Shown here piece by piece: positions 29,957-41,200 of a DNA stretch of 64,000 bases. Every line of letters starts with the position of its first letter. Position 1 is the stretch's first letter. The position numbers and the translations under genes are program-made. The stretch is from Gammaproteobacteria bacterium (GTDB taxonomy: Bacteria > Pseudomonadota > Gammaproteobacteria > UBA5861). The stretch lies in the NCBI GenBank assembly GCA_022360445.1, contig JAKSCV010000073.1, forward strand, positions 657-64,656. The letters are read 5' to 3'. The notes under the pieces are model-generated. The model made no database searches. It was not told the DNA's origin and was given only the letters and a program-made list of their open reading frames with translations.

Positions 29957-31045
29957 ATGAACATTATGTCTCGTTTGAAGAAGGTCAGCCTTGCAGCAGC
30001 GTCTGCGGTCATGTTGGGTATGGGCACAGTAGGGCAAGCGGCAGAGCCAACCAAGGTCGGGTTTGTTTACGTAGGCCCCATTGGTGACCATGGTTGGACT
30101 TATCGACACGATATTGGGCGTCTTGCCATCGATAAAGCGTTTGGGGACCAGGTCAAAACAACATTTGTTGAGAGTGTGTCAGAAGGTGCCGACGCCGAGC
30201 GGGTCATTCGCCAGCTAGCATCCAATGGCCACAATCTGATTTTTACCACGTCTTTTGGCTACATGAACCCAACAATCAAGGTGGCCAAGCAGTTTGCGAA
30301 TGTGAAATTTGAGCATGCGACTGGCTATAAGCGCGCAAAAAACGTCAGTACCTACATGGCTCGCTTTTATGAAGGGCGTTATGTAGCCGGTTTGGTTGCA
30401 GGCAAAATGACCAAATCGAATACGATTGGCTATATTGGCTCGTTCCCCATACCCGAGGTTGTGCGTGGCATCAATGCGTTTACGCTGGCTTTGCGCAAGG
30501 TCAACCCGGATGCCACAGTTAAAGTGGTTTGGGTGAACAGCTGGTATGACCCTGGTAAGGAAGGGGATGCGGCCAAAACATTGATTGATCAGGGCGCGGA
30601 TGTCATCTTGCAGCACACAGATTCTCCTGCACCTTTGCAAGTTGCTGAAAAACGGGGTGTTTACGGTGTAGGCCAAGCGTCTGACATGGCAAAATTTGCA
30701 CCCAAGGCTCAGTTGACAGCGATTATTGATAACTGGGATGGCTACTATGTTCAGCGGACCAAAGACGTGATTGAGGGCACCTGGGAGTCTCAAGATACCT
30801 GGGGTGGTTTTGACTCTGGGATGGTCGAAATGGCGCCGTTTAACGAAGTCATCCCCGCCGATACGATTGCCTCAGCCAAAGCTGCGATTGAAGCTATCAA
30901 AAGTGGTGAATTAAAGCCATTTACAGGCCCCATTAAAGACCAGTCCGGGAAAGTGGTGGTTGCTGAAGGCGTGTCCATGTCCGACGGTGACCTGTTAAAA
31001 ATGAACTGGTACGTTGAAGGGGTTGAAGACAAACTGCCCAAATAA
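29957..31045 (+). CDS. BMP-family (Bmp/PnrA-like) substrate-binding lipoprotein, predicted purine nucleoside binding
   Basis: Signal peptide plus a BMP-family sequence. It is the fourth gene of the ABC operon. Confidence 0.8.
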   Translation: MNIMSRLKKVSLAAASAVMLGMGTVGQAAEPTKVGFVYVGPIGDHGWTYRHDIGRLAIDKAFGDQVKTTFVESVSEGADAERVIRQLASNGHNLIFTTSFGYMNPTIKVAKQFANVKFEHATGYKRAKNVSTYMARFYEGRYVAGLVAGKMTKSNTIGYIGSFPIPEVVRGINAFTLALRKVNPDATVKVVWVNSWYDPGKEGDAAKTLIDQGADVILQHTDSPAPLQVAEKRGVYGVGQASDMAKFAPKAQLTAIIDNWDGYYVQRTKDVIEGTWESQDTWGGFDSGMVEMAPFNEVIPADTIASAKAAIEAIKSGELKPFTGPIKDQSGKVVVAEGVSMSDGDLLKMNWYVEGVEDKLPK

Positions 31046-31099
31046 ATCACATTGTGAATACAAGAAGCGTCTGCTGTTCAGGCGCTTCTGTGGAAATGA

Positions 31100-32125
<1,026 letters not shown>

Positions 32126-32180
32126 CCGCTTAACCGGGTCCATTTTCATTTTTTATTGGGTTTAAGGAATATCGCTAATC

Positions 32181-33542
32181 ATGACGGACGCTGAAACCTG
32201 CTGGATTAAAAACCCGTTGGCCATTTATACAGCGAATGCCCTCGATGCTGGCGGTGGCGTGGTGACGCAAGGTTCCCAGATTGTTGAAGTGGTGGCAACC
32301 GGAATGCAGCCAAAAACCCCAATTGCAACGGTGTTTGATGCCTCGGAACATGTTGTGCTGCCTGGGTTGATCAACGCCCATCATCACTTTTATCAAACCT
32401 TAACCCGCGCTTTCTTCCCGGCGCTGAATAAACCTTTATTTCCTTGGTTAACGAATCTGTATCCCATCTGGGCGGGCCTCACACCTTTACAGCTGGAATT
32501 AGCAACGGAATTGGCGTTGACAGAATTATTACTGTCCGGGTGCACCACATCGGCAGACCATCATTACATTTTTACGCACGCCTTGGAATCCGCCATTGAT
32601 ATTCAAGTAGAAGCGGCGCGTAAAATGAAGATGAGAGTTCAATTAACGCGTGGTTCGATGAGCTTAGGGCAGGATGAGGGGGGGCTACCACCACCGGCCA
32701 CTGTACAAGGTGAAGACGACATCCTGCTGGACAGCCAGCGTGTTATTCAAGCTTTCCACGACAAAGCAGACGGCGCACTCGTGAAAATTTCGCTGGCACC
32801 ATGCTCACCCTTTTCGGTGAGTGAGTCTTTAATGAAAGCGTCAGCCTCTCTTGCCCGGGAACATGACGTTGCTTTGCACACGCACTTGGCAGAAACAGAG
32901 GACGAGAACCGGTTTTGTCTGCAAACCTACCAACTTAGACCTGTTGATTTTCTGGAAAAAGTGGGCTGGTTAAATAGTGATGTTTGGTTGGCCCACGGTA
33001 TTTTTTTTGAGTCGGATGAAATCCAGCGGCTCGGTCAAGCAGATGTCAGTGTTTGCCATTGCCCCTCATCAAATATGGTTCTATCTTCGGGCATTTGCCG
33101 GGGGCGTGAATTGGAATATGCCGGAGTGAGGGTTGGCCTCGGTGTTGACGGCTCGGCATCAAATGATGGCTCCAATATGATCAACGAGGTGCGGCAAGCC
33201 CTTTTGATTCAACGGCTGCGCTATTCTCCGGACAAAATGACACACTTGGACGCCTTGCGCTGGGCGACTCAAGGATCAGCCGCCTGCCTCAAGCGTGAGG
33301 ATATCGGTGAGCTGGCTCCAGGGAAACAAGCCGACATTGCCTGCTTCACCTTAGATGAGTTACGGTTTTCTGGTGTGGGTGATCCGCTGGCAGCCCTGGT
33401 GGTGTGTGGTGCGCAAAGAGCTGATCGCGTAATGGTTGCAGGCACCTGGCGCGTTATCGAAGGGCAGCCGGTGGGCGTTGATTTAGAATCTCTGATGGCC
33501 CGGCACAAGGCAGCGGCCAGGCAATTGCAAGGTTCGATTTAA
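32181..33542 (+). CDS. Amidohydrolase-superfamily deaminase, 8-oxoguanine deaminase / TRZ-ATZ-SsnA-like
   Basis: N-terminus WIKNPLAIYTAN...LPGLINAHHHFYQT. 453 aa. Confidence 0.7.
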   Translation: MTDAETCWIKNPLAIYTANALDAGGGVVTQGSQIVEVVATGMQPKTPIATVFDASEHVVLPGLINAHHHFYQTLTRAFFPALNKPLFPWLTNLYPIWAGLTPLQLELATELALTELLLSGCTTSADHHYIFTHALESAIDIQVEAARKMKMRVQLTRGSMSLGQDEGGLPPPATVQGEDDILLDSQRVIQAFHDKADGALVKISLAPCSPFSVSESLMKASASLAREHDVALHTHLAETEDENRFCLQTYQLRPVDFLEKVGWLNSDVWLAHGIFFESDEIQRLGQADVSVCHCPSSNMVLSSGICRGRELEYAGVRVGLGVDGSASNDGSNMINEVRQALLIQRLRYSPDKMTHLDALRWATQGSAACLKREDIGELAPGKQADIACFTLDELRFSGVGDPLAALVVCGAQRADRVMVAGTWRVIEGQPVGVDLESLMARHKAAARQLQGSI

Positions 33543-33569
33543 CGGTGAGGGTTGATCAGGAGTATTGAT

Positions 33570-34064
33570 CTAGCCGCCAGATTCACTGACCACCTGACCC
33601 GTGGCCGGATCATAGTAAATGCGCCAATCGATATTCGCGGTAAATTGGTTATCGCCATCAGCATCGAAGTAATAGTAGTAGCGGCCTTTGTATGGCAGCC
33701 AGCCTGCACTGCTTTTCCAGCCGCGGATGCCATAGCCTGTCCCGGCAAAGTTGGCATTTGACACGGGCGTATACAGAACGCCTGAGAAAAAAGTCGGTAT
33801 ATCCGCCGGGTTGCCAGTATCGCCCAAGTGGTCTGGGTTGCCGTCATCGTTATCATCTGGCAGAAGGGTTTCCAGCCAATCATTTTTATGGGCTTTTTGG
33901 GCGAGCGTTACGCCCGACTGAAGGTTAGCAATTAATTGATTTTGCCCCGCCGGTTGTACCTCTATTCGGTAGCCAGAAAACTGGGGGTAAAAAGTGGCAG
34001 ACATAAGTCCCAAACTACTGATAATCAGGACAATTTCAACAAAATTGAGCCCTGGTCTGTACAT
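33570..34064 (-). CDS. Orphan prepilin-type (type IV pilin/pseudopilin-like) protein, 164 aa
   Basis: MYRPG|LNFVEIVLIISSLGL: Gly at -1, Glu at +5 and a hydrophobic helix, consistent with a prepilin peptidase substrate. Strong SD (AGGAG) 8 nt upstream of the ATG. Confidence 0.5.
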   Translation of the reverse strand: MYRPGLNFVEIVLIISSLGLMSATFYPQFSGYRIEVQPAGQNQLIANLQSGVTLAQKAHKNDWLETLLPDDNDDGNPDHLGDTGNPADIPTFFSGVLYTPVSNANFAGTGYGIRGWKSSAGWLPYKGRYYYYFDADGDNQFTANIDWRIYYDPATGQVVSESGG

Positions 34065-34419
34065 GTTAATGCTCCTTGCATTAGGTGGCCAAGTCGTGCT
34101 TCCATTGCATATTCTTCACTGCATTGTAGAGAAAGCGTTATAGGGGGTTCGTGAACGCTTTATCAATACAATTTAAGTGTAGAAAAAAAATGGACAACAG
34201 CGAGTTGTTTTTTTAACTTTTAGCGGTTGTCCAGTGCATTAACTTAAGGCTGTTTAAAATTCCCAATAAGGGCAAAAGCTTAACGCCTGGCCCAGGAAAC
34301 GGTTTAACTACAAAACACCAGAGGAAATGTACTATGGAATTTGGTTATCACTGTCGCGGTTCAGACTTGATACTAAGCTTTTTGGGCGCTTAAACAAATT
34401 TGATGTTTAAGAGTCTTGG

Positions 34420-34785
34420 TCATTCTGGCATCTGTGAAGAATGGTGCTCTACAATCATCCAACGCTTACCATTCCAGCGGTATACGAAAGTGAATCGTGC
34501 GGATGCAATGGCGCCATCTTTAAATGTAAAGGTATAGAGGCCTGAGTTAATAGCTATCTGGCCATAGGTGCGTACATTTGCCTCATCAATTTTACCCACT
34601 GGCCCTTTGGCAAGAAAATGAACAAAATAGTCCTCAATTTCTTCGTGGTTGTGGCGAACCCTATTGGATAAGGTCGGGAGTAAAATGCCATTGTTTTCAT
34701 AGAGAGCCGCAACTGTTTTTGGGTCTCCAGTCTGTAGTGCACTATTCCACTCATCGAATAGTGCTGTAATTTCATTTACGTTCAT
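34420..34785 (-). CDS. NTF2-like / SnoaL-like (SgcJ/EcaC-type) small protein, 121 aa
   Basis: Sequence pattern of the DUF4440/SgcJ family. Strong AGGAG SD. Confidence 0.55.
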   Translation of the reverse strand: MNVNEITALFDEWNSALQTGDPKTVAALYENNGILLPTLSNRVRHNHEEIEDYFVHFLAKGPVGKIDEANVRTYGQIAINSGLYTFTFKDGAIASARFTFVYRWNGKRWMIVEHHSSQMPE

Positions 34786-35004
34786 ATTTGATCTCCTAAA
34801 TTGAATATGATGATTGTGTAGAATTTAGACTAACAATTTGATTGACGGTTGTTTTCTTTGAAACGTCGATAGTGTCATTAGAGCGTGCCAGCAAACAAGG
34901 CCGTTTTGACACAGCTGCAATGGACAGCGGCAATCATACACGGCTGCATCAAGCTGTTAAACTCAGTGCATTGACAGGCAGAGAAGTTATTAAGAATCCC
35001 GCAC

Positions 35005-38000
35005 ATGCTTAAAGTCTCGTACAGTAACCGGCTGGAATCTTTGCTACCGGCGTTGATTGAGCGCTGCACGCAAGTGACGGAAACCCCCTTGGCGCCAGAA
35101 GTCATTGTTATTCCCAATCACGCACTGGCGCGTTGGCTTTCCCTTAAAGTTGCGCAGAAGACTGGCGTCAGTGCCAACTTTCAGTTTCAGTTTCCGGCGG
35201 AGTTTTTGTGGCGACACTTTCATCAGGTTCTGGACGACGTCCCGGAGGCCTCTGTTTTCCGCACAGAAGTGCTCAGCTGGCGGTTGTATGAGCTGTTTCC
35301 TCAGCTTGCGAATGAAGAGGCGTATCCTGCGCTTTGCCACTACCTTGCACAGAGTGATGAACGGCAGCAATTTGCGCTGGCTGAGCGACTGGCAGCGACG
35401 TATGATCAATACCTGATCTATCGTCCAGATTGGATTACCGACTGGGACACTGGAAAACAGCCGCACTGGCAGGCTCGGTTGTGGCATCAACTCTCGGCAG
35501 GGATCGACGAGCGGCATTGGGTTGACCTGCAAAACCTCTACTTGGAGAAGCTGCCATCTATCCCCAAAGCACGGTTGCCTGAGCGCGTTAGCCTGTTTAG
35601 CGTAGCCGATCTTTCTCCCGCTTTTTTAGCGCTGTTCAGTGCCTTGGGTGAGCGAACTGATGTCACTCTCTTTTGGGTCAACCCAAGCCAGCACTATTGG
35701 GGGGATATTCTGAGCGAAAAGCAGATCGCCCGGCGGATCAGCCAGGGACAGGCAACCACTTATCTTGAATCCGGCAACAGCTTGTTGGCATCCTGGGGTA
35801 CTCAGGGCCGGGAGCTGTTTGAAAGCCTACAGGACCATGACATTGTATTTACCGAATACTTTGATGCACCGCCGAATCAGCACTTGCTTGGCCATTTACA
35901 ACACAACATTCTTGATCTGAAGAACTCAAGCAATGTCGCCGATCGTTTCCGGTTGGAGCCGAGCGATAAGAGTCTGCAGGTACACGTGTGCCACAGCCCT
36001 TTCCGGGAGCTGGAAGTGCTGCATGACCAGCTGCTGGATTGCTTGCAACGCGACCATAACTTGACACCGGGGCAGATCGCCGTTGTGACACCGGACCTAA
36101 CACGGTACGCCCCTTATATTGATGCGGTCTTTGGCACTGTATCGAGAGCGCAGCACATTCCCTATCACATTGCCGGGCTACGCCAAGTGCAGTTGCCGGC
36201 ACTAATCTCAGGTTATTTTGCCTTGTTGGAGGCCGCAGAAAGCCGGTTTGAGAACGAGCGCGTGCTCAGCCTTTTAGAAAACCCGGCTATTCGGCGAAGA
36301 TTTGATATCGAGGACCACCACTTGCCGGTCATCCACAACTGGATTCGGGATGTTCAAATACGCTGGGGACTGGACGACAACAGCCGGCTCGAGCACGACC
36401 TTCCCGCCGGAGGCCCGACTCATTGGCAGGCCGGGCTTGACCGCCTGCTACTCGGCTATGCCATGTACTCTGACGGGTTTCAGGATTACAAAAACATATT
36501 GCCACACGCAAGTGTTAAAGGCAGCCAGGCGCAGCTTTTAGGTAGCTTGGCGGCTTTTATACAAGGGCTTGGCGAGCTGAGCACAACGCTTTCTACGGAC
36601 AAGTCGGTACCAGAGTGGCGTGAAATATTGAACTGGGCACTGGATCACTTTTTTCTAATTGATGAAGAAGATCAACGCTGGGAACAAGGTATCCGCCAAG
36701 CACTTCAGTCACTGACGGATAATGCAAAAAGGGGGGGATTTACAGGCAGCCTGCCTGCCCACATTCCAATCGGCCTGATCAAACGCGCGCTTGAAGAAGT
36801 AGACAGCGGCAGTGGCTTCCATGCGGATTCCGTCATGTTCAGTACGCTCGCGCCCATCCGCAATATCCCGTTTAAAGTACTTTGCCTGATTGGTATGGAT
36901 GATGGTGCCTTTCCCCGTATGGACCGTCGCCCCGGTTTCGACCTGATGGCGAACCACCGGCGGCGCGGGGACCGCTCCCAGCGTAATGAAGACCGCTACC
37001 TTTTTCTCGAAGCTTTGCTCGCCGCCCGGCAATGTTTCTACATCAGCTATATCGGTCAGGGTATCCGTGAGAACACACATCAGCCACCTTCCGTTATGGT
37101 GAGTGAGTTGCTGGATTACATCAACCTCAATTGTCAAACCGCCGTGTCAGGTGATTTGCCGGCGGAGTCGTTAACAACCTGGCACCTGCTTCAGGGGTTT
37201 GACCCACGCTACTTTAAGCAAGACTCCAACTTATTCAGTTATGCGTCAGACTACTTGCAGGCCAGCCGTCAATTACAAGAAACGGATAAAAAGGACGGTC
37301 GCTTTTTTGATCAACCCTTAAGTCGCCCAGAGTATCGGGCAACTGTGCCATTAGAGACTTTTATCCGTGCGTTCACGAATCCGGCCAGCCACTTGTTACA
37401 AGAGTGTCTGGGGATCTATTTAGCCCGCCCCCATGAACGTCCTGATCCCAGAGAACCCTTCCATTTAAGTCGGTTTGAAGAAGAGGCACTGGCCTTTAAG
37501 CTAATGGCCTTGCATCAGTCCGGGGTTGATGCCGTCGCCAGCCGGCGACTGGTCCGGGCCAGTGGTACGTTGCCCGAAGGTATCATTGGTGACCGCCTTT
37601 TTACCAAGCAGGCAGCTGTGGTTAAAAAACTGCTGCATCACTTGGAAAGCATACAGCTGGGTGCTGAGCCCGAGTCGATAACAATTGATGTGGATCTGGG
37701 GCCATTCCGCCTCAATGGGCTGTTAAAGGTGTGGGATGGGTGTGTGCAGGCCGACTATCTTCCCTCTAAAAGTAATGCCCGCAGCCGGTTGATGACATGG
37801 ATCAAACATTTGGTGATTCAGGCGCAGTCACAAGGGGTGGGTGAGAGCTTCTTGTTCAGAACCGACGAGCAATACCGCCTGCGACCGGTTGAGAAGCCCA
37901 TGGATCATTTGCGTAGTCTGGCGGGTTTATATGATGTGATGTCGCAACAACCGGTTCACTTTTTTCCGAAAAGCAGCATGGCGTTTGCCGAACAGCTACA

Positions 38001-38202
38001 AAAAAAGGGTGATGAGGCAGCAGCGCTGGATAAAGCCCGCAAAAACTGGTGGGGTGGTCAATACAACAAGCCTTTTCCCGAGTCACAAAACCCGTATTAT
38101 CAGCTGTTGTTTGGAAAGGTGGACCCCTTGGACGACGCTTTTATGGAAACCGCTGAACAGCTCATCATGCCGTTATTGGACCACTCGGAGAAGCTGGCAT
38201 GA
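35005..38202 (+). CDS. recC: Exodeoxyribonuclease V gamma subunit
   Basis: 1065 aa. Gene order recC-recB-recD with overlapping stops and starts. Confidence 0.95.
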   Translation: MLKVSYSNRLESLLPALIERCTQVTETPLAPEVIVIPNHALARWLSLKVAQKTGVSANFQFQFPAEFLWRHFHQVLDDVPEASVFRTEVLSWRLYELFPQLANEEAYPALCHYLAQSDERQQFALAERLAATYDQYLIYRPDWITDWDTGKQPHWQARLWHQLSAGIDERHWVDLQNLYLEKLPSIPKARLPERVSLFSVADLSPAFLALFSALGERTDVTLFWVNPSQHYWGDILSEKQIARRISQGQATTYLESGNSLLASWGTQGRELFESLQDHDIVFTEYFDAPPNQHLLGHLQHNILDLKNSSNVADRFRLEPSDKSLQVHVCHSPFRELEVLHDQLLDCLQRDHNLTPGQIAVVTPDLTRYAPYIDAVFGTVSRAQHIPYHIAGLRQVQLPALISGYFALLEAAESRFENERVLSLLENPAIRRRFDIEDHHLPVIHNWIRDVQIRWGLDDNSRLEHDLPAGGPTHWQAGLDRLLLGYAMYSDGFQDYKNILPHASVKGSQAQLLGSLAAFIQGLGELSTTLSTDKSVPEWREILNWALDHFFLIDEEDQRWEQGIRQALQSLTDNAKRGGFTGSLPAHIPIGLIKRALEEVDSGSGFHADSVMFSTLAPIRNIPFKVLCLIGMDDGAFPRMDRRPGFDLMANHRRRGDRSQRNEDRYLFLEALLAARQCFYISYIGQGIRENTHQPPSVMVSELLDYINLNCQTAVSGDLPAESLTTWHLLQGFDPRYFKQDSNLFSYASDYLQASRQLQETDKKDGRFFDQPLSRPEYRATVPLETFIRAFTNPASHLLQECLGIYLARPHERPDPREPFHLSRFEEEALAFKLMALHQSGVDAVASRRLVRASGTLPEGIIGDRLFTKQAAVVKKLLHHLESIQLGAEPESITIDVDLGPFRLNGLLKVWDGCVQADYLPSKSNARSRLMTWIKHLVIQAQSQGVGESFLFRTDEQYRLRPVEKPMDHLRSLAGLYDVMSQQPVHFFPKSSMAFAEQLQKKGDEAAALDKARKNWWGGQYNKPFPESQNPYYQLLFGKVDPLDDAFMETAEQLIMPLLDHSEKLA

Positions 38203-41200
38203 CAATGCCGATGCCACTGGACCCGGTGCAGGTGCCGCTTGAGGGCATCAACCTGATCGAAGCCAGTGCCGGGACAGGCAAAACCTGGACCATCAGCGGT
38301 TTATACGTCCGCCTCATTGTTGAGCAAAATGTCCCTGTTGACAGCCTGTTGGTTGTGACGTTTACAGAGGCTGCCACCCAGGAGCTGCGCGACCGAATCA
38401 GAAGCAAGCTGGTGAAAACCCAGGAGGCCTTTGAGGCCGGGGCGAGTGATGACTTTTTAATTCAAGGCATGCTCGATCAGGTGCCCGATAAAGTTCAGGC
38501 AGGCCGACAGCTCTCTGCTGCAATCCGGAACTTTGACCAGGCCGCTATTTTCACCATCCATGGGTTTTGCCAGCGTATTTTGGCCGATTACGCCTTTGAG
38601 TCCTCGCAACCGTTTGATGCAGAAGTCATTACCGAGCAAAGCGTGCTGATTCAAGAAGTGGTTGACGACTTTTGGCGGAAAAAACAGGCCGATATTCCCC
38701 CTTGGCTCATAAGTTACCTGTTTAGTAAGGGCGTGCACCCAGACAGCTTGCTGGAAGATAGTCATTCGTATATCGGCAAACAACATCTCGACGTAGAGCA
38801 GCCCGTTCTGCCGGCTCTTGATGAATTGCACGTACATTATCTCAGCGCTTATCAAGAGGCGGCTGAGACCTGGCAGAGTAACCAGGTGGCAATCAGAGGT
38901 TTGTTCCTGGAGAGCACGGCATTAAAAAAGAACATTTATCAGCCTGCCAACATGGTCGGTCGGCTGGAAAGTTTAAGCGACTACTTTTCCACCGGGCTTA
39001 TGGTTGACGAAATCGCACTCGATTTGCCCAAAGGCTTTGAATATTTCACTCTGGAAAAAATCAAAAGCAGTATAAAAAAAGGGCAAACAGCACCGGAGCA
39101 TGTGTTTTTTGAACAGTGCCAAGCGCTTTTAGACGCACATGCGCTTTTGGAAGCTGCGCTGACAACCACAATAAAAGTATTCAAAGTGGAGCTTTTACAC
39201 TTTGCCAATAAAACGCTCAGCCAGCGTAAGCGCGCCCGTAGCCAATTGTATTTTGATGATTTGCTCAATAATGTTCATCAAGCTTTGCACGGGGAAGGCG
39301 GGGAGAGCCTGGCTCAGCGTGTACGTAGCGCCTATACAGCCGCGTTAATTGATGAGTTTCAGGACACCGACCCTATTCAATATGCCATTTTCAATCGTCT
39401 GTTTGGCAATGGAGACTATCCCGTTTTTTTTGTTGGGGACCCAAAGCAGGCGATCTACAGTTTTCGCGGTGCGGATATTTTTGCCTACCTCGAAGCACAA
39501 CAAAAAGCTACCCGGCGCTACACACTGAATGCCAATTGGCGTTCCACGCCGACACTGATTGAAGCCGTGAATCAGCTTTTTTCTCGAGTTAATACGCCCT
39601 TTATCTATGAGCAAATCGCTTTCCATCCCGTTCAACCGGCTCAAACCCAACGAGAGGCGTTGACTGTCCAAGGCGATGATACGGCAGCCTTGCGCTTTTT
39701 ATACCTCGCCGGAGAAGCGCCTGATGAAAACCTGTCCAAAACCAAAGCAATGGAACCTGCTGCTATTGCCGTTGCGAATGAAATTGTACGTTTATTGGGT
39801 AAAGGTAAAGCCACTATCGGTGAGCGGTTTGTTACAGGTGGGGATATTGCGGTACTGGTTCGCACGCATGATCAGGCCGATAAGGTGGCTCATGCCTTGC
39901 GGAAGCGTCATGTACCGTGTGTACAGCAGATGCAGACGCACGTGTTTGTCACCGATGAAGCCGTTGAACTGGAACGCATTTTATTGGCAATTCAACAGCC
40001 TTCCCGGGCTTCTTTGGTGCGCGCAGCGTTAGCGACACATATTTTCGCTGGCACCAGTCGTGATTTACAGCAGTTGGATGAACAAGACAGCGCTTGGGAA
40101 ACGTACGTCAGCCGTTTTTATCACTACCATCAGCAATGGATCAGCCACGGTTTTATGAGCATGTTTAAGGCATTGCTATCCGATGTTGACGCCCCCCAAA
40201 ACCTGTTGGCGCTTGAAGATGGCGAGCGGCGCCTGACGAATGTACTCCATCTGATGGAGCTGTTACACCAGGCGGCTCACGACCATTTCTTGGGCATGGA
40301 AGGTGTGATCAAGTGGCTTGGGGATCAGCGGCAAGCCCCAAGCAGCCATGACGACTGGCTCCTGCGGCTGGAAAGTGATGCTGATCGGGTCAAAATCGTA
40401 ACGCTGCATAAAAGTAAAGGTTTGGAATATCCGATTGTCTTTTGCCCATATCTCTGGGGGGAAAGTCAATCCATACAGTATCCGGCCAATGTGGTGTATC
40501 ACGATCCGGATCGTAACAATCAGGCCGTACTCGCGATGTCTGTAGAGAAAGGCAGCTCAACTGCTGAGCAGGCAGAAAAAGAGCTCAAAGCGGAAAATCG
40601 GCGCTTGCTCTATGTTGGGTTGACGCGGGCGGTTCACCGTTGCTACATCGTCTGGGGAAATATGGGGCCGGCCGCAACATCGGCATTGGGCGCACTGCTA
40701 CCAGGGGTGAGTCGAGAAAGCCTGGCACCACTGGTAGAGGCCTCAGCCGGGCGTATCCATGTTGGCGATGCGGATACCACGGGACACGATTGGTATACCG
40801 GCCTGGCATTGGCAGACACCGTACTGATGGCTAAAGCCTTTACCCGCGCGTTAACGCCCAAGTGGCGTGTTGGCAGTTTCAGTGGATTGATATCCGGCCA
40901 TGAAGAAGCGTGGCCAGACTACGACTCACTTGATCCGGGCACCTCTGCCGTCACCACAATAGCGCCAGAAAATATGGAGGAAGGCGATACCGGCGCGGGT
41001 ATTTATGATTTCCCAAAGGGTGCTCAGGCAGGCTCCTGTCTCCATCACATTTATGAACATTGGGATTTTACTTGCAGGGACCGGGCGGCACTTGACGATC
41101 AGGTGCAGGAGACCTTGCAATTGTTTGGGTTTTCTGAGGACTGGACACAGGTCGTTGCAGATAATGTTGAGCACGTTTTAAACGCTGCATTGCCGGGTGA

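Noticed and set aside
35044-35532. 162-aa ORF antisense to the recC 5' region
   Set aside because: Antisense to a conserved gene, and Arg/Leu-rich as typical of spurious reverse-frame ORFs.
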